Of a stretch of DNA of 64,000 bases, positions 42,013-53,108 are shown piece after piece. How positions within the stretch are numbered: position 1 is the first letter of the stretch; each line of letters begins with the position of its first letter. The notes below the pieces were generated by a model. It was not told where the DNA came from and ran no database searches. It worked only from the letters and a program-made list of their open reading frames with translations. The DNA lies in the NCBI GenBank assembly GCA_963805085.1, contig CAWDTA010000001.1:160001-224000 (forward strand), read 5' to 3'. The translations under genes and the position numbers were made by a program. This DNA comes from an uncultured Veillonellaceae bacterium. Its GTDB lineage: Bacteria > Bacillota > Negativicutes > JARBTT01.

Positions 42013-44001
42013 ATGTTTATTTTAACGAACAGTAATTTTGGTATTAAAACCAAGTTAATCCTAGCTTTTGCCACGATTTTATTGATTCCTAGTTTATGTA
42101 TTGGCTGGTTTTCCTATAAAACAGCTTACAACAAGGTAGAAGAGAACATGCTAGAAGGCGCCAATGAAAGTGTAATCATGCTAAATCATATACTGAACCA
42201 GGTCATTACGGATACACAGAAAAATGTAGATTTTATGGCTGATAGAATTGCTTTGGGCGGCGTGGGCGCAGTGCAAGGGGATGAAGATCCATTTGTTAGA
42301 ACGATGCTTGATGCTTACAAAGCAACCCATACGGATGTAGAACTTGCGGCTGTTGGTACTGATAAGGGTGTATATATCAATTCTCCAGTAACTGCAGTCA
42401 ATGCGCCGGGGTATGATCCGAGAAAACGCCCGTGGTACATCAATGCATTAGAAAATAAAGGCAAACCGACAGTGATTAATCCTTATATTTCAAGCAATAG
42501 CGGTCAGGTTGTAGTCACAGTATCGCAGGCGGTCGGTGATGGTCATGGGATTGTCTCTATCAGCCTTTCATTACAAGAGTTGGCGAAAATTGCGAATGAA
42601 ATAAAGGTTGGTAAAGAAGGTTATGTTTACATATTAGATAAAAATAGTAATGTTTTAGTACATCCGACACTGAAACCGGGCTCTAAAGCAGAGGAACCTG
42701 TTTTTGAAGAAATGATGAAACAAAAACAAGGTATTATGCGCTATGAGTCTGAAGGGCAGAAGAGACTAGCTTTTCTTATCACCAATGAAAAGACGGGCTG
42801 GCTCATTGGCAGTACTATGCCTGAGGCTGAAATTATCGCAGCAGCAAGGCCGATTTTAATAACGACGTTAGGCATCGTATTATTGTTTATTGTAATTGGA
42901 AGCGTCATTACATATTTTGTTACTTTATCGATTACAAGACCATTACAAGTACTTGTTGATGCTTCGGAACAAATTAGTAATGGCGATTTAAGGGTGAATA
43001 TTCCAATCACTTCTCAGGATGAGTTTGGCAAGTTAAGTATAAGTTTTAATAAAATGAGTAATTCCTTGCGTAAATTCCTGCAACAAATGCGACAAACAGG
43101 GGAACAACTTTCGGCATCAAGTGAACAACTATCTGCTAGTGCCCATGAGTCGGCACAGGCATCTACGCAAGTTGCTGGCTCTATTGCAGACGTTGCACAT
43201 AGTGTGGAATTACAATTGAATGAGATTGATGATACCACGGGAACGGTGCATAAAATGTCCACGAATATTGGGCAAGCTGCAGTTACAACGAAACAAGTAT
43301 TTAGACAATCGGCTGAAGCGACGGAGAAAGCTGCCGATGGTAGTAACGCAATTGATAAGGCGGTAAATCAGATGGCACAGATTGAACAGACGGTGAATAC
43401 GTCTGCGCAAGTAGTCGCAAAACTAGGGGAACGTTCTAAGGAAATCGGGCAGATTGTCGATACGATATCTGGTATCGCTGGACAAACAAATCTTCTAGCG
43501 CTAAACGCTGCGATTGAAGCCGCTCGTGCCGGTGAACAAGGTAGAGGTTTTGCTGTAGTGGCTGACGAGGTAAGAAAGCTCGCCGAGCAATCGCAAGAGG
43601 CAGCCAAACAAATTGCTTCGCTGATTACCGAAATTCAAAAAGATACGGATAAAGCCGTACTAACGATGAATGATGGTACTCGAGAAGTTAAGATGGGCGC
43701 AGAGGTTGTTGATGTTGCCGGAAAAGCATTCAAGGAGATCGTAGTACTCGTGACGCAGGTTTCGGATCAAGTAAAGGAATTTTCTGCTTCTACAGAGCAG
43801 TTGGCGAATGGTAGCCAGCATATCGTAGGTGCAATGAATAAAATTGATAAAATGAGTAAAACTGTAGCAATGGAAGCTGAAACGGTGTCAGCAGCAACCG
43901 AAGAACAGTCAGCATCTATGCAAGAAATTGCTGCTGCTAGCCAAGCTTTGCTACAAGCAGCGCAAGATCTTCAAGATGAAGTATGTAAGTTCAAGTTGTA
44001 A
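42013..44001 (+). CDS. Methyl-accepting chemotaxis protein (TM-dCache-TM-HAMP-MCP)
   Basis: YDPRKRPWY dCache motif, [45 protein letters not shown]. Confidence 0.95.
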   Translation: MFILTNSNFGIKTKLILAFATILLIPSLCIGWFSYKTAYNKVEENMLEGANESVIMLNHILNQVITDTQKNVDFMADRIALGGVGAVQGDEDPFVRTMLDAYKATHTDVELAAVGTDKGVYINSPVTAVNAPGYDPRKRPWYINALENKGKPTVINPYISSNSGQVVVTVSQAVGDGHGIVSISLSLQELAKIANEIKVGKEGYVYILDKNSNVLVHPTLKPGSKAEEPVFEEMMKQKQGIMRYESEGQKRLAFLITNEKTGWLIGSTMPEAEIIAAARPILITTLGIVLLFIVIGSVITYFVTLSITRPLQVLVDASEQISNGDLRVNIPITSQDEFGKLSISFNKMSNSLRKFLQQMRQTGEQLSASSEQLSASAHESAQASTQVAGSIADVAHSVELQLNEIDDTTGTVHKMSTNIGQAAVTTKQVFRQSAEATEKAADGSNAIDKAVNQMAQIEQTVNTSAQVVAKLGERSKEIGQIVDTISGIAGQTNLLALNAAIEAARAGEQGRGFAVVADEVRKLAEQSQEAAKQIASLITEIQKDTDKAVLTMNDGTREVKMGAEVVDVAGKAFKEIVVLVTQVSDQVKEFSASTEQLANGSQHIVGAMNKIDKMSKTVAMEAETVSAATEEQSASMQEIAAASQALLQAAQDLQDEVCKFKL

Positions 44002-44026
44002 TATACGAGCCTTGTAGTAAATATTA

Positions 44027-44103
44027 GAGGGGGCGTGCTGAACAATCAGTGCGCTCCTTTTTTGCATGAAAATAAAGCCCGGACTTTGAAAGTGCGGGCT
44101 TTT
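44027..44103. terminator. Two terminators between the convergent MCP and hydrolase genes
   Basis: GGGGCGTGCTGA/TCAGTGCGCTCC plus T-run, and AAAGCCCG/CGGGCTTT. Confidence 0.7.
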
Positions 44104-44119
44104 GAAGTAATGGTATCGG

Positions 44120-44986
44120 CTATAGTTCAGTTCTAGTTTCTAGCCATTGTATTATTTCGTCATATGCTAATCTTCCTGACTCGTCATCTAGAGCCCTATC
44201 GAAGTCGTGGGCTTCTTTATAGATGGTGATAAGGTGAGTGTTTGGAAGTTGTTTGCTTAATGTTTTGGTCACTTTATATGGTACATCGGGGTCTAGCGTT
44301 GCCGCAACCAAAATCGTCGGGGGAAAAGTTTTAAGGGTTTGACTATCTAATGAATAGTTTGCGGGAGGTTCTTTGCCACAAAGAACCTCTATCCAAGAAC
44401 CTTCTTGCCTTGCTTTTATGTAGAGCGAAAACCTCAAATTCATTGGGCCATAGGTGATTGGGGTATCCGTGATGATTTTTTCTATGGCGTCATCTGGTAT
44501 TTTGGCTAATTTATTATAATATTTGCTAGGTGTGTTAAACTGAGTCTCGTCAAGTCTAGTGTAGCCATAAAGGCTTATCATTGCGAGTGGCATGGCAGAG
44601 TGGGAGCTTATTAACTTATTGCATAGCATAAAGCAGAGATAGGCACCTGCTGATCTGCCAAATAGCACGTATTTGTTGTTTTTTAATTCAAATACCTTGT
44701 CTGAATTGTTCAAATAAAAAAGAAGTGTTTCAAACACTGATTTTAAAATCAGTTCTAGCTTTGTTTCTGGTGCTAAGGGATAATCTAACGCTAAAAAATC
44801 ATAGCCAGCATCTAAAAATTTAGTTATATAAATTTCTGGTAGATCATCTCTGGTTCCATATAGCAATCCACCACCATGAAAATATAGTATGGTTATATTT
44901 TTTCTGTTGTTTATCGTTCTATGTAGATCCATATGCAGCTTGATATTTTCTTTGGTTATAAAGCTAAAAACCTCTGGACTATTCAT
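44120..44986 (-). CDS. Alpha/beta hydrolase (HSL-like)
   Basis: YFHGGGL, DYPLAPE, nucleophile elbow GRSAG, DPDVP, HDFD. Confidence 0.88.
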   Translation of the reverse strand: MNSPEVFSFITKENIKLHMDLHRTINNRKNITILYFHGGGLLYGTRDDLPEIYITKFLDAGYDFLALDYPLAPETKLELILKSVFETLLFYLNNSDKVFELKNNKYVLFGRSAGAYLCFMLCNKLISSHSAMPLAMISLYGYTRLDETQFNTPSKYYNKLAKIPDDAIEKIITDTPITYGPMNLRFSLYIKARQEGSWIEVLCGKEPPANYSLDSQTLKTFPPTILVAATLDPDVPYKVTKTLSKQLPNTHLITIYKEAHDFDRALDDESGRLAYDEIIQWLETRTEL

Positions 44987-46607
44987 TGTGTTTTCTCCCG
45001 TCAATCAATTTAAACAGCCTTGCAGCTATTTGAAATTGAAGCAGCTCTTCTGCGTTTGCGAAATCTATGCCTAGTACATTTTTTATTTTTTCAATTCTAT
45101 ACCGTACCGTTTTGGGGTGAAGAAATAGTTTTTCAGAGGTAAGGTTGTAGCTTTGGTTTGTATTGAGAAAAGCTTTTAGTGTCTCAAATAATAGTGGGTA
45201 GTCGTTTCTGAATTTAATTGTTTTTGGCGATATGAAAGTTTTGATATTGTCCAGACTGTTTTGGTCTAAGAATAATTTGTAAATGCCTAACTCTTCATAA
45301 GGCAATATTTTATTCGTATTGTGGAATAGTTTTAGCACCTTTTGGGTATCCAAAACTTCTAAGTTTGCCTTTGGAATGCCAGCCTTTTCTACCATTGAAC
45401 TTATACTTACATAATAATAGAAATCTTTAAATAGATTATTTTCAGATAGCCCGGTCATTATTTTATCAATAGACTCTACAGTAATCCCAGGGTGTGCATC
45501 ATTAAAATTAAGGATAAAAACGACTCTATCCAATTTTTCACGAAAAACAATATCTTTAAAACAAGATTTAAATTTGGTTCTAATCTCCCTTAGTGTTTGG
45601 GACATGAGATTGGTGTCTAGATTTTTATTTTCGTCTCGTTGATACAGATTGATCAACGTTATTTGGTAGTTCTTATGTCTATTTAAATTGAGGGAGTCAA
45701 GAACCTCGTCAATATCTTTTGTTTCGTAGAGTCGGCCATTTAATAAGTCACTGATAATGTTGTTTTTTTGTTGAAATAGATTTTGTGAAATCACATAGTT
45801 TCGGAGGAGTTCCATTTGTAAAAATTTCACGCCGTTTTCTATGACCATGAAATCCTCGGAGCTGATTTGATCCAGAAGTTCGTGAATCACCAGTTCGTAG
45901 TCATTATAGCCGAGATTAGGTATGCGGACTCTAAGCTGTTTGCCGGTCATCTTTGGATTCGTACGATTATAGATGACTTCTTTGCGCTCATAGTTGAAAT
46001 GCATGTACTTTTTAGTTAAAACTTCACTTGTACCAATCACTGTTACGTCGCAAAGGTCGGGTTTTGTACTGATTTCAGTTCCCTTGGTAGCATTAATCAG
46101 ACTTACATCATGTAGTATCATTTTTTTGAATTCGCATAAGATTGTTTCCATCGATGGCATTTTCAGTGCAAGGCTGGTTAATTCGCTATGCACTTCATAA
46201 TATTTATTGAGCAGATTCACATTTTTATTTATGATTGGCCCTAAAATATCGAGAATGATGGACTCATATTTTACATCCTTATTAATTTGGACTAACGGGA
46301 TTGCATGTTTGTCGCAAAGCTCAATGATGATCGTTGGGATTTGGCGAACCAGTCTATCAATCTTAATAATGACTGCACTAATCCCTAAAGTATGGAGCTT
46401 TTCAAAAAATGTATCCAATTCATGATCATTCAAATTTTGTAGAGCAAAAAAGCTAGTGATGATTACCTCTCCAGAACGCCCCCAATTTGTGATGTCAGTT
46501 GCTTCCAGTATATTGACCCCAGTTATTTCATTTGACAGTTCATTTTTAGCGGCTAGTAATTTTGCTCCATGAAGACAGTTCATTTTTAGTAGGTCTTTAA
46601 TGTTCAA
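44979..46607 (-). CDS. PucR-family transcriptional regulator
   Basis: N-terminal PucR domain (AKLLA....L.NEITGVNILEA.DI..W) and C-terminal HTH (L.ETL..FL.......TSEKLFLHPKTVRYRIEKI). TTG start after AAGGAG. Confidence 0.9.
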   Translation of the reverse strand: MNIKDLLKMNCLHGAKLLAAKNELSNEITGVNILEATDITNWGRSGEVIITSFFALQNLNDHELDTFFEKLHTLGISAVIIKIDRLVRQIPTIIIELCDKHAIPLVQINKDVKYESIILDILGPIINKNVNLLNKYYEVHSELTSLALKMPSMETILCEFKKMILHDVSLINATKGTEISTKPDLCDVTVIGTSEVLTKKYMHFNYERKEVIYNRTNPKMTGKQLRVRIPNLGYNDYELVIHELLDQISSEDFMVIENGVKFLQMELLRNYVISQNLFQQKNNIISDLLNGRLYETKDIDEVLDSLNLNRHKNYQITLINLYQRDENKNLDTNLMSQTLREIRTKFKSCFKDIVFREKLDRVVFILNFNDAHPGITVESIDKIMTGLSENNLFKDFYYYVSISSMVEKAGIPKANLEVLDTQKVLKLFHNTNKILPYEELGIYKLFLDQNSLDNIKTFISPKTIKFRNDYPLLFETLKAFLNTNQSYNLTSEKLFLHPKTVRYRIEKIKNVLGIDFANAEELLQFQIAARLFKLIDGRKHNE

Positions 46608-46748
46608 ATTACTACTCCTTTCTCCTTTAGGTATAAAAAAAGCGTGATTTTTATAAGTTTTATACCAATGATAATACAAAAAAATCATGATATAATGACG
46701 ATAAAATTAGATTTAACAAAATGTTAACACAATAAAGGAGAATTGGAA

Positions 46749-49700
46749 ATGCTATATACGGTAATTAAGAAAAATAATTATCAAGATTCTATTAATCTTA
46801 TGTTGCTCACAAATTCGATTAATACTCTTGCCGGTATAACAAAATGTTCAATCATGATGGGAACGAATGCCAATAAGGATATCCTTAAAAATAGTGGACT
46901 GCTTACAGTTGAAGCTGAAAGTGCAGCGCCAAGCGATATGATAATTGTAGTAGAAACACCAGATGAAAAAAATGTTGAAAACGTTCTTGTTGAGACGGAT
47001 AAATTCTTAAATGACCTAGCGGTTAAGAAAAAGAAAAATAGTGTTGAAAGTGTAACGAGTATAGAAGCGGCCTTGGAAGAATTGCCTGATGCGAATTTAG
47101 CGCTGTTTTCCATACCGGGAGAATACGCAGCCGATGAGATTGAAAAAGCGCTTGATCAAGGATTACACGTATTTTCTTTCACCGATAACATCGCTGTAGA
47201 AGATGAAGTAAGATTAAAGAAAAAGGCGCATGAAAAAGGTTTATTGTTAATGGGGCCTGACTGTGGTACAGGTATTATCTCTAGTATTCCGGTTGCATTT
47301 ACGAATGTTGTGCGTCCTGGAAATATAGGTATTGTAGGTGCTTCTGGTACAGGAATACAAGAAGTTACAACCATGATTGATAAACTTGGTGGCGGCGTTG
47401 TCCATGCGATCGGTACTGGTGGTCATGACTTAAGTGAAGCTGTAAATGGGACAACGGTTCGTGATGTAATCCTTGGACTTGAACAGCATGATCCTACAGA
47501 TGTAATTGTAGTGATATCTAAGCCACCAGCGAAAAAGGTGCGGAATGAAATAGTAGAACTTTTACAAAATCTTTCGAAACCTGTAGTTGCTATATTCTTG
47601 GGTGAAAAACCAGAATGTCATGAAGGAAATGTATATTTAGCGCATACACTCGAAGAAGCGGCAATGATGGCAGTAGATCTTGCAAAAAATAACCCTGTAA
47701 AAGCAAATTATATGGAACCGATAAAGTATGAAGTAGAAACTGTATTAGCAGCAGATAAAACGGTAAAAGGCTTATATTCGGGTGGTACGCTTGCAGCAGA
47801 AGCTAGTATGTTAATTACGGAAGCTTTAGACCTTGGAAATTCAGTGAAAAAAGAAGGCTATGTTTTAAACGCAGATGGCTATGAAGTCATGGATTTAGGC
47901 GATGACATCTATACACAAGGCAAGCCGCATCCAATGATCGATCCTGAAGTTAGAATCAATAAGATTAAAGAATGTGCAAAAGATGCAAATACGGGTGTAA
48001 TCTTATTTGATTGTGTATTGGGTTATGGATCTCATCCGGATATGGCGGGTGCTTTATCTGGAGCAATCAAGGAAGTTATGCAAGAAGCAAAAGAAACGGG
48101 GCGTTCCTTATACTTTGTAGCAACCGTTTGTGGTACCGAAGCTGACCCGCAAAACTACCAAGCGACGATAAGAACTTTAAAAGAATGCGACGTATTGGTA
48201 GAATCAAGTAATGCAAGAGCTGTAAGACTTGCACTTAAATTAAAAGGAATTGAAGTGACAGAAGCCGATAAACATTTGGTAGAAAAACATGTAGAAAAGA
48301 AACCATTGCCACAAGTAAGTGAAAGCGTAATGGAACTTTTAAACTCAAAACCACGTGTTGTAAATATTGGTCTTGCCAGCTTTACTGAATCTATTGTGGC
48401 ATATGGCGGGAATACCGTCCAATATGATTGGAAACCAGCAGCAGGCGGCGATAAAAAGCTGATAAAAATATTAAATAAACTTTCAAAACTAGAAGAGATA
48501 GAAAAAGCAAATCAAGAAGTCATTGATAAAATGAAAAGCTCACAGCCTTTCTTGGTAGACGTAGTACTAGCAAAATCAGTTATAGCGATTTTAAATGATA
48601 AAGTATTGCTTCATGCAGGACCACCGATTGAATATAAAAATATGACAGGCCCAATGAAAGGCTCTTGTATTGGTGCAGTATTATTCGAAGGTTGGGCAGA
48701 GGATGAAACGAGTGCAAAAGCTTTACTAGAAAGTGGAGCGGTGAAATTCAGCCCATGCCATCATGCAAATGCAGTAGGACCTATGGGGGGAATCACCTCA
48801 GGTAACATGCCGGTACTTGTTGTGGAAAATAAGTTAGACGGATCGGTTGCTTATTGCATCATGAACGAAGGAATAGGCAAAGTGCTTAGATTTGGTGCTT
48901 ATTCTGAAGAGGTTGTAAACAGACTCAAATGGATGAGAGATTCTTTAGGGCCAGTATTATCTAAAGCGTTAAAAAGAAAAGAAGGCGGCTTGAACCTTAC
49001 GGGACTCATTGCGAAAGCGATTACCATGGGAGATGAATTCCACCAAAGAAATATAGCTGCTACACTTAACTTTTTGAAAGAAATCACGCCATTAATCGTG
49101 GAGCTCGATATTGACGAAAAAGAAAAACACAGCGTGATAAAATTCTTGGCAGATACAGATCAATTTTTCTTAAACATTATGATGGCTGCAGGTAAAGCGA
49201 TCGTAGATTGTGCGAGAAAAGTTACAAGTGGTACGGTAATTACAACAATGTCTAGAAATGGACAAAATTTCGGGGTGAGAATTAGCGGTATGGGTGATGA
49301 GTGGTTCACCGCACCAGTGAACACGCCAAACGGACTATATTTCACAGGGTATTCGGAAAGTGATGCAAATCCAGATATCGGCGATAGCGCGATTACAGAA
49401 ACAGTCGGTGTCGGCGGTATGGCAATGGTGGCAGCACCTGGCGTTACGCGGTTTGTCGGCGCAGGCGGTTTTGATGATGCCTTAAGAGTGTCAAATGAAA
49501 TGGATAAAATTTGTATTGCCAACAATTCAAATTGGAGTATTCCAACTTGGGATTTCAAGGGCACTTGCCTAGGCATTGATGCGAGAAAAGTAGTGGCAAC
49601 TGGCATTACGCCGCTAATCAATACGGGTATCGCACATAAAAATGCTGGTGTAGGTCAAATTGGAGCAGGAACAGTGCGTGCGCCACTGGCTTGCTTCGAA

Positions 49701-49754
49701 AAAGCAATTATTGCCTATGCGAAAAAACTAGGAATAGATGTTGACCAAGAATAA
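46749..49754 (+). CDS. fdrA: FdrA-YlbE (AllF-AllG) fusion, oxamate carbamoyltransferase subunit
   Basis: YQDSINLM, LLMGPDCGT, GASGTGIQE, GLYSGGTLA.E, DDIYTQGKPHPMIDP. Then YlbE/DUF1116 motifs LLHAGPP, MGDEFHQRN, NPDIGDSAITET, INTGIAHK.AG.GQIGAG. Confidence 0.88.
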   Translation: MLYTVIKKNNYQDSINLMLLTNSINTLAGITKCSIMMGTNANKDILKNSGLLTVEAESAAPSDMIIVVETPDEKNVENVLVETDKFLNDLAVKKKKNSVESVTSIEAALEELPDANLALFSIPGEYAADEIEKALDQGLHVFSFTDNIAVEDEVRLKKKAHEKGLLLMGPDCGTGIISSIPVAFTNVVRPGNIGIVGASGTGIQEVTTMIDKLGGGVVHAIGTGGHDLSEAVNGTTVRDVILGLEQHDPTDVIVVISKPPAKKVRNEIVELLQNLSKPVVAIFLGEKPECHEGNVYLAHTLEEAAMMAVDLAKNNPVKANYMEPIKYEVETVLAADKTVKGLYSGGTLAAEASMLITEALDLGNSVKKEGYVLNADGYEVMDLGDDIYTQGKPHPMIDPEVRINKIKECAKDANTGVILFDCVLGYGSHPDMAGALSGAIKEVMQEAKETGRSLYFVATVCGTEADPQNYQATIRTLKECDVLVESSNARAVRLALKLKGIEVTEADKHLVEKHVEKKPLPQVSESVMELLNSKPRVVNIGLASFTESIVAYGGNTVQYDWKPAAGGDKKLIKILNKLSKLEEIEKANQEVIDKMKSSQPFLVDVVLAKSVIAILNDKVLLHAGPPIEYKNMTGPMKGSCIGAVLFEGWAEDETSAKALLESGAVKFSPCHHANAVGPMGGITSGNMPVLVVENKLDGSVAYCIMNEGIGKVLRFGAYSEEVVNRLKWMRDSLGPVLSKALKRKEGGLNLTGLIAKAITMGDEFHQRNIAATLNFLKEITPLIVELDIDEKEKHSVIKFLADTDQFFLNIMMAAGKAIVDCARKVTSGTVITTMSRNGQNFGVRISGMGDEWFTAPVNTPNGLYFTGYSESDANPDIGDSAITETVGVGGMAMVAAPGVTRFVGAGGFDDALRVSNEMDKICIANNSNWSIPTWDFKGTCLGIDARKVVATGITPLINTGIAHKNAGVGQIGAGTVRAPLACFEKAIIAYAKKLGIDVDQE

Positions 49755-50598
49755 AGTGCAAGAAAGTAGAGAGGCAAAGAGCAATCTATTGCCTTTCTAT
49801 TTAAAAAATCATAGCGTGGGTAAAGTGCACAGCAAATTTAATAAAGGACTCAATCTGCAATTTGAGGATGCTTTGATTTATGTTGGTTGTATCGGTACCC
49901 CTCTAGCGGCATTTGGAATGAATCTAGAACAAGAAAAACTAAAAAAAATACTTAATTCTGTAAAAATCGATGATATGGTTGTAAAAAAAGAGCAGCAGCT
50001 CATTTTCTATAGCTTTGATGAAATAATAGAAATTTATGATGAAAATATAGAAGAAATTGATTTGAAGATTCCTAAAATAAAATGCAAGATTGGTGAGATT
50101 GCTGACTCTGCGCTATATCAATATCTAGAAAACATTGAAATTAAGAAATCTATAGGAATTGATATAGATGAAAGAACCAGCAGATATCTAGAACTGCTGC
50201 TAAAATCTGACAAGAACGATTCGAATTTAAATTTGCGCATCATAAAGTTTTTTGCTGGCAGAGGCAAGGGATTGACGCCTAGCGGTGATGATATACTCTT
50301 GGGATTTACGCTGGGACTCAGCTTATTTGGCAGCTTCGAGTCTTGGAGAGAAACGCTTGCATCCGCAGTTACTGAAGAAGAGACGACCATGATCAGCGTG
50401 GCATACCTCACTGCTTTACTGCAAGGGTATGCAAGTGAACCCTGCATACATCTCGTGGAACTGTTAGATGGCGGTGAGACAGCGCAAATTGAAAAAATAG
50501 TAAAACAAGTAATGTCATTTGGTCATACTTCAGGAAGTGATACCTTGTTTGGATTTCTATTAGGATTAAAATTTTTAATACATCAATGGGAGGGATAA
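49738..50598 (+). CDS. YlbF/AllH-like (DUF2877) protein
   Basis: GKVHS.F, GRGKGLTPSGDD.L.G, GHTSGSD.L.G. Confidence 0.88.
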   Translation: MLTKNKVQESREAKSNLLPFYLKNHSVGKVHSKFNKGLNLQFEDALIYVGCIGTPLAAFGMNLEQEKLKKILNSVKIDDMVVKKEQQLIFYSFDEIIEIYDENIEEIDLKIPKIKCKIGEIADSALYQYLENIEIKKSIGIDIDERTSRYLELLLKSDKNDSNLNLRIIKFFAGRGKGLTPSGDDILLGFTLGLSLFGSFESWRETLASAVTEEETTMISVAYLTALLQGYASEPCIHLVELLDGGETAQIEKIVKQVMSFGHTSGSDTLFGFLLGLKFLIHQWEG

Positions 50599-50601
50599 CA
50601 C

Positions 50602-51825
50602 ATGGATATTATGTTGAATGAAGTGCAAGAAACAATGGAATGGTTATCGTCGATTAGTGACGAACAAGGGCCGGGCACAACACGGCTGCTTTATTCGCCA
50701 AGCTGGCTGCAGGCACAAAACGAGCTGAAAGCACGCTTTGAAAACCTAGGAATGGAATGTCATTTTGATGGTATAGGCAACTTGTATGCTACGTTAAAAG
50801 GAACCGAATCGCCAGAAAAGACGATTGCTACTGGTTCTCATGTGGATACGGTTGTCAAAGGTGGAAAACTTGATGGACAGTTAGGGATTTTTGGCGGGTA
50901 CCTTGCGGTCAAGAAATTGCTTGAAACGTTCGGTAAGCCGAAAAAGAGCATTCAAATTATTTCGATGGCTGAAGAAGAAGGCTCGCGTTTCCCTTATGTT
51001 TTCTGGGGCAGCAAAAACATTTTCGGTTTGGCAAAAAAAGAAGATGTTGAGATGATTAAAGATGCTGAAGGAATCGGCTTTGTCGATGCGATGCACAAGT
51101 GTGGTTTCGACTTTATCACCGAACACAAGTCAAGAACAGATATCGAAGCTTTTATTGAACTGCACATTGAACAAGGAAATTTCCTCGAAGAAGAAAAATT
51201 CACAGTTGGTGTAGTCAACTCAATCGTTGGGCAGAAACGCTATAACATCACCCTCAAAGGTGAAGCAAACCATGCGGGTACAACGCTCATGCGTTATCGT
51301 AAAGACACCGTTGAATGCATGGCACGCATCATAACGCATTCGATTGATAAAGCGAAAGCAGTAGGAGATCCGTTGGTACTGACTTTTGGTAAGGTTGTAC
51401 CAAAGCCAAATACAGTGAATGTCGTTCCAGGAGAAACTTTATTTACGATGGACTGCCGGCATACGGATGCAACTCTTCTACAGGCGTTTACGACGGCTCT
51501 TGAAGCTGAAATGAAAGAAATTGCTGAAAAAAATGGTATCGTAATTGAAATCGACAATTGGATGGATGAAAAACCTGTATTGATGGATCAAAAAGTTGTC
51601 GATATTGTTGAACGTGTCTGCAAGGAGAAGAAAATGAACTATAAAGTAATGCACAGTGGTGCAGGGCATGACTCGCAGATTTTTGCTCCCCGTGTGCCTA
51701 CAGGAATGATCTTTGTTCCAAGTATCAAGGGGATTAGTCATAATCCGGCGGAAGACACAAAAGTCGAAAATCTTCGTGAGGGGATCAAGACGCTAGCGTA
51801 TACGCTGCACGAACTTGCTTATTAA
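50602..51825 (+). CDS. allC: Allantoate amidohydrolase (M20 family)
   Basis: TGSHVDTV..GG.LDGQ.G, EEEGSRFPYVFWGSK, ELHIEQG, NHAGTT, SGAGHDSQIFAP, GISHNPAE. Confidence 0.92.
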   Translation: MDIMLNEVQETMEWLSSISDEQGPGTTRLLYSPSWLQAQNELKARFENLGMECHFDGIGNLYATLKGTESPEKTIATGSHVDTVVKGGKLDGQLGIFGGYLAVKKLLETFGKPKKSIQIISMAEEEGSRFPYVFWGSKNIFGLAKKEDVEMIKDAEGIGFVDAMHKCGFDFITEHKSRTDIEAFIELHIEQGNFLEEEKFTVGVVNSIVGQKRYNITLKGEANHAGTTLMRYRKDTVECMARIITHSIDKAKAVGDPLVLTFGKVVPKPNTVNVVPGETLFTMDCRHTDATLLQAFTTALEAEMKEIAEKNGIVIEIDNWMDEKPVLMDQKVVDIVERVCKEKKMNYKVMHSGAGHDSQIFAPRVPTGMIFVPSIKGISHNPAEDTKVENLREGIKTLAYTLHELAY

Positions 51826-51849
51826 TACAAGTAGGAAAGGATGTTTTTT

Positions 51850-53106
51850 ATGAACACACAAGCTTTAACAAAAACGTATCCGGAGAACTATTGGAAACGA
51901 CTCGTATTTACGTTCTGCATGGGATGGACAATCATCTGGATTTACAGAGCGATGCTTTCACCAATTTATCCAGAGATTCAAAGTACAATCGGACCTCAAA
52001 CAAACGCAGCTATGGGTATTATTGCATCATGTTATTTTTTTGGTTATACTGCGCTGCAAATTCCGTCAGGTTATTTAGTTGATAAATTTGGTCAGAAGAA
52101 AGTCCTGATTCCTGGTTTTATTATTTTTGCGGCTGGTGTTTTCAGTATTGCTTCTGCGACGTCAATTATGCCGATTTATATAGGCGCTGTGTTAGCTGGT
52201 GTTGGTTGCGGAACTTATTATGGTTCAGCTTACTCTTTGACATCGCAACATGTACCTCAGGAAAAGAAAGGTCTACAGACTGCAATCGTTAACAGTGGTT
52301 CAGCACTAGGGATGATTCTCGGTATGACTGGATCCAGTTATTTTGTTAAAACCATGGGATTACCATGGCAAACAATGGTTATCATTTCTGGTTGTTTGTT
52401 GGTATTCCTCGTTCTATGGTTTTTCTTTGTTATTATTGAGCCAAGCAAAGTTGCTTCAGTTACTGAGAGTATCTCTACCCAAAAAGATGAGATGAGAACT
52501 GAAGCTGTCGAGCAATCAAAAGGTTCCATGTTCCGCCCTGCTTTATTGACTTGTTACTTTCTTTATTTTACAACCTGCTATGCGTATTATATGATTGTCA
52601 CTTGGCTGCCAAAATTTCTTGAAGCTGAACGTGGCATTACAGGTGGTATGATCGGACTTACCGTATCAATGATAGCTGTTACGGCTGTTCCTGGAGCTTT
52701 ATATTTTGCTGGAATGTCTGATAAAAAACGCGATAAGAAAGCTTCAATTATTCTTTTTCTTGAAATTGCAGCATTTATTTTGATTGCAGTTTCAATGTTC
52801 GTACCAGATACCATCAGTCTTGTTGTTGTTTTACTCCTTTATGGATTCTTGGGTAAAATGGCCGTTGACCCTGTTCTGATTTCCTATGTGTCCGACCAAG
52901 CGGATAAGAAAACCATGGCTACAACACTTGGTACATTTAATTTCTTTGGGATGTCTTCTTCAGTTGTGGCTCCGGCTCTTACAGGTTATATAATTGATCA
53001 GACAGGCTCAGGCGTTTGGGGCTTTTACCTCGGTGCTATTCTTTTACTCATTGGTGCGATTGTATTCTATGTAACAAATAATAGAAATCAAAAGGCAGGC
53101 GCTTAA
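51850..53106 (+). CDS. MFS transporter (probable allantoate/ureide permease or product exporter)
   Basis: About 12 TM segments, QIPSGYLVDKFG motif A. Lies inside the all operon. Confidence 0.88.
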   Translation: MNTQALTKTYPENYWKRLVFTFCMGWTIIWIYRAMLSPIYPEIQSTIGPQTNAAMGIIASCYFFGYTALQIPSGYLVDKFGQKKVLIPGFIIFAAGVFSIASATSIMPIYIGAVLAGVGCGTYYGSAYSLTSQHVPQEKKGLQTAIVNSGSALGMILGMTGSSYFVKTMGLPWQTMVIISGCLLVFLVLWFFFVIIEPSKVASVTESISTQKDEMRTEAVEQSKGSMFRPALLTCYFLYFTTCYAYYMIVTWLPKFLEAERGITGGMIGLTVSMIAVTAVPGALYFAGMSDKKRDKKASIILFLEIAAFILIAVSMFVPDTISLVVVLLLYGFLGKMAVDPVLISYVSDQADKKTMATTLGTFNFFGMSSSVVAPALTGYIIDQTGSGVWGFYLGAILLLIGAIVFYVTNNRNQKAGA

Positions 53107-53108
53107 TC

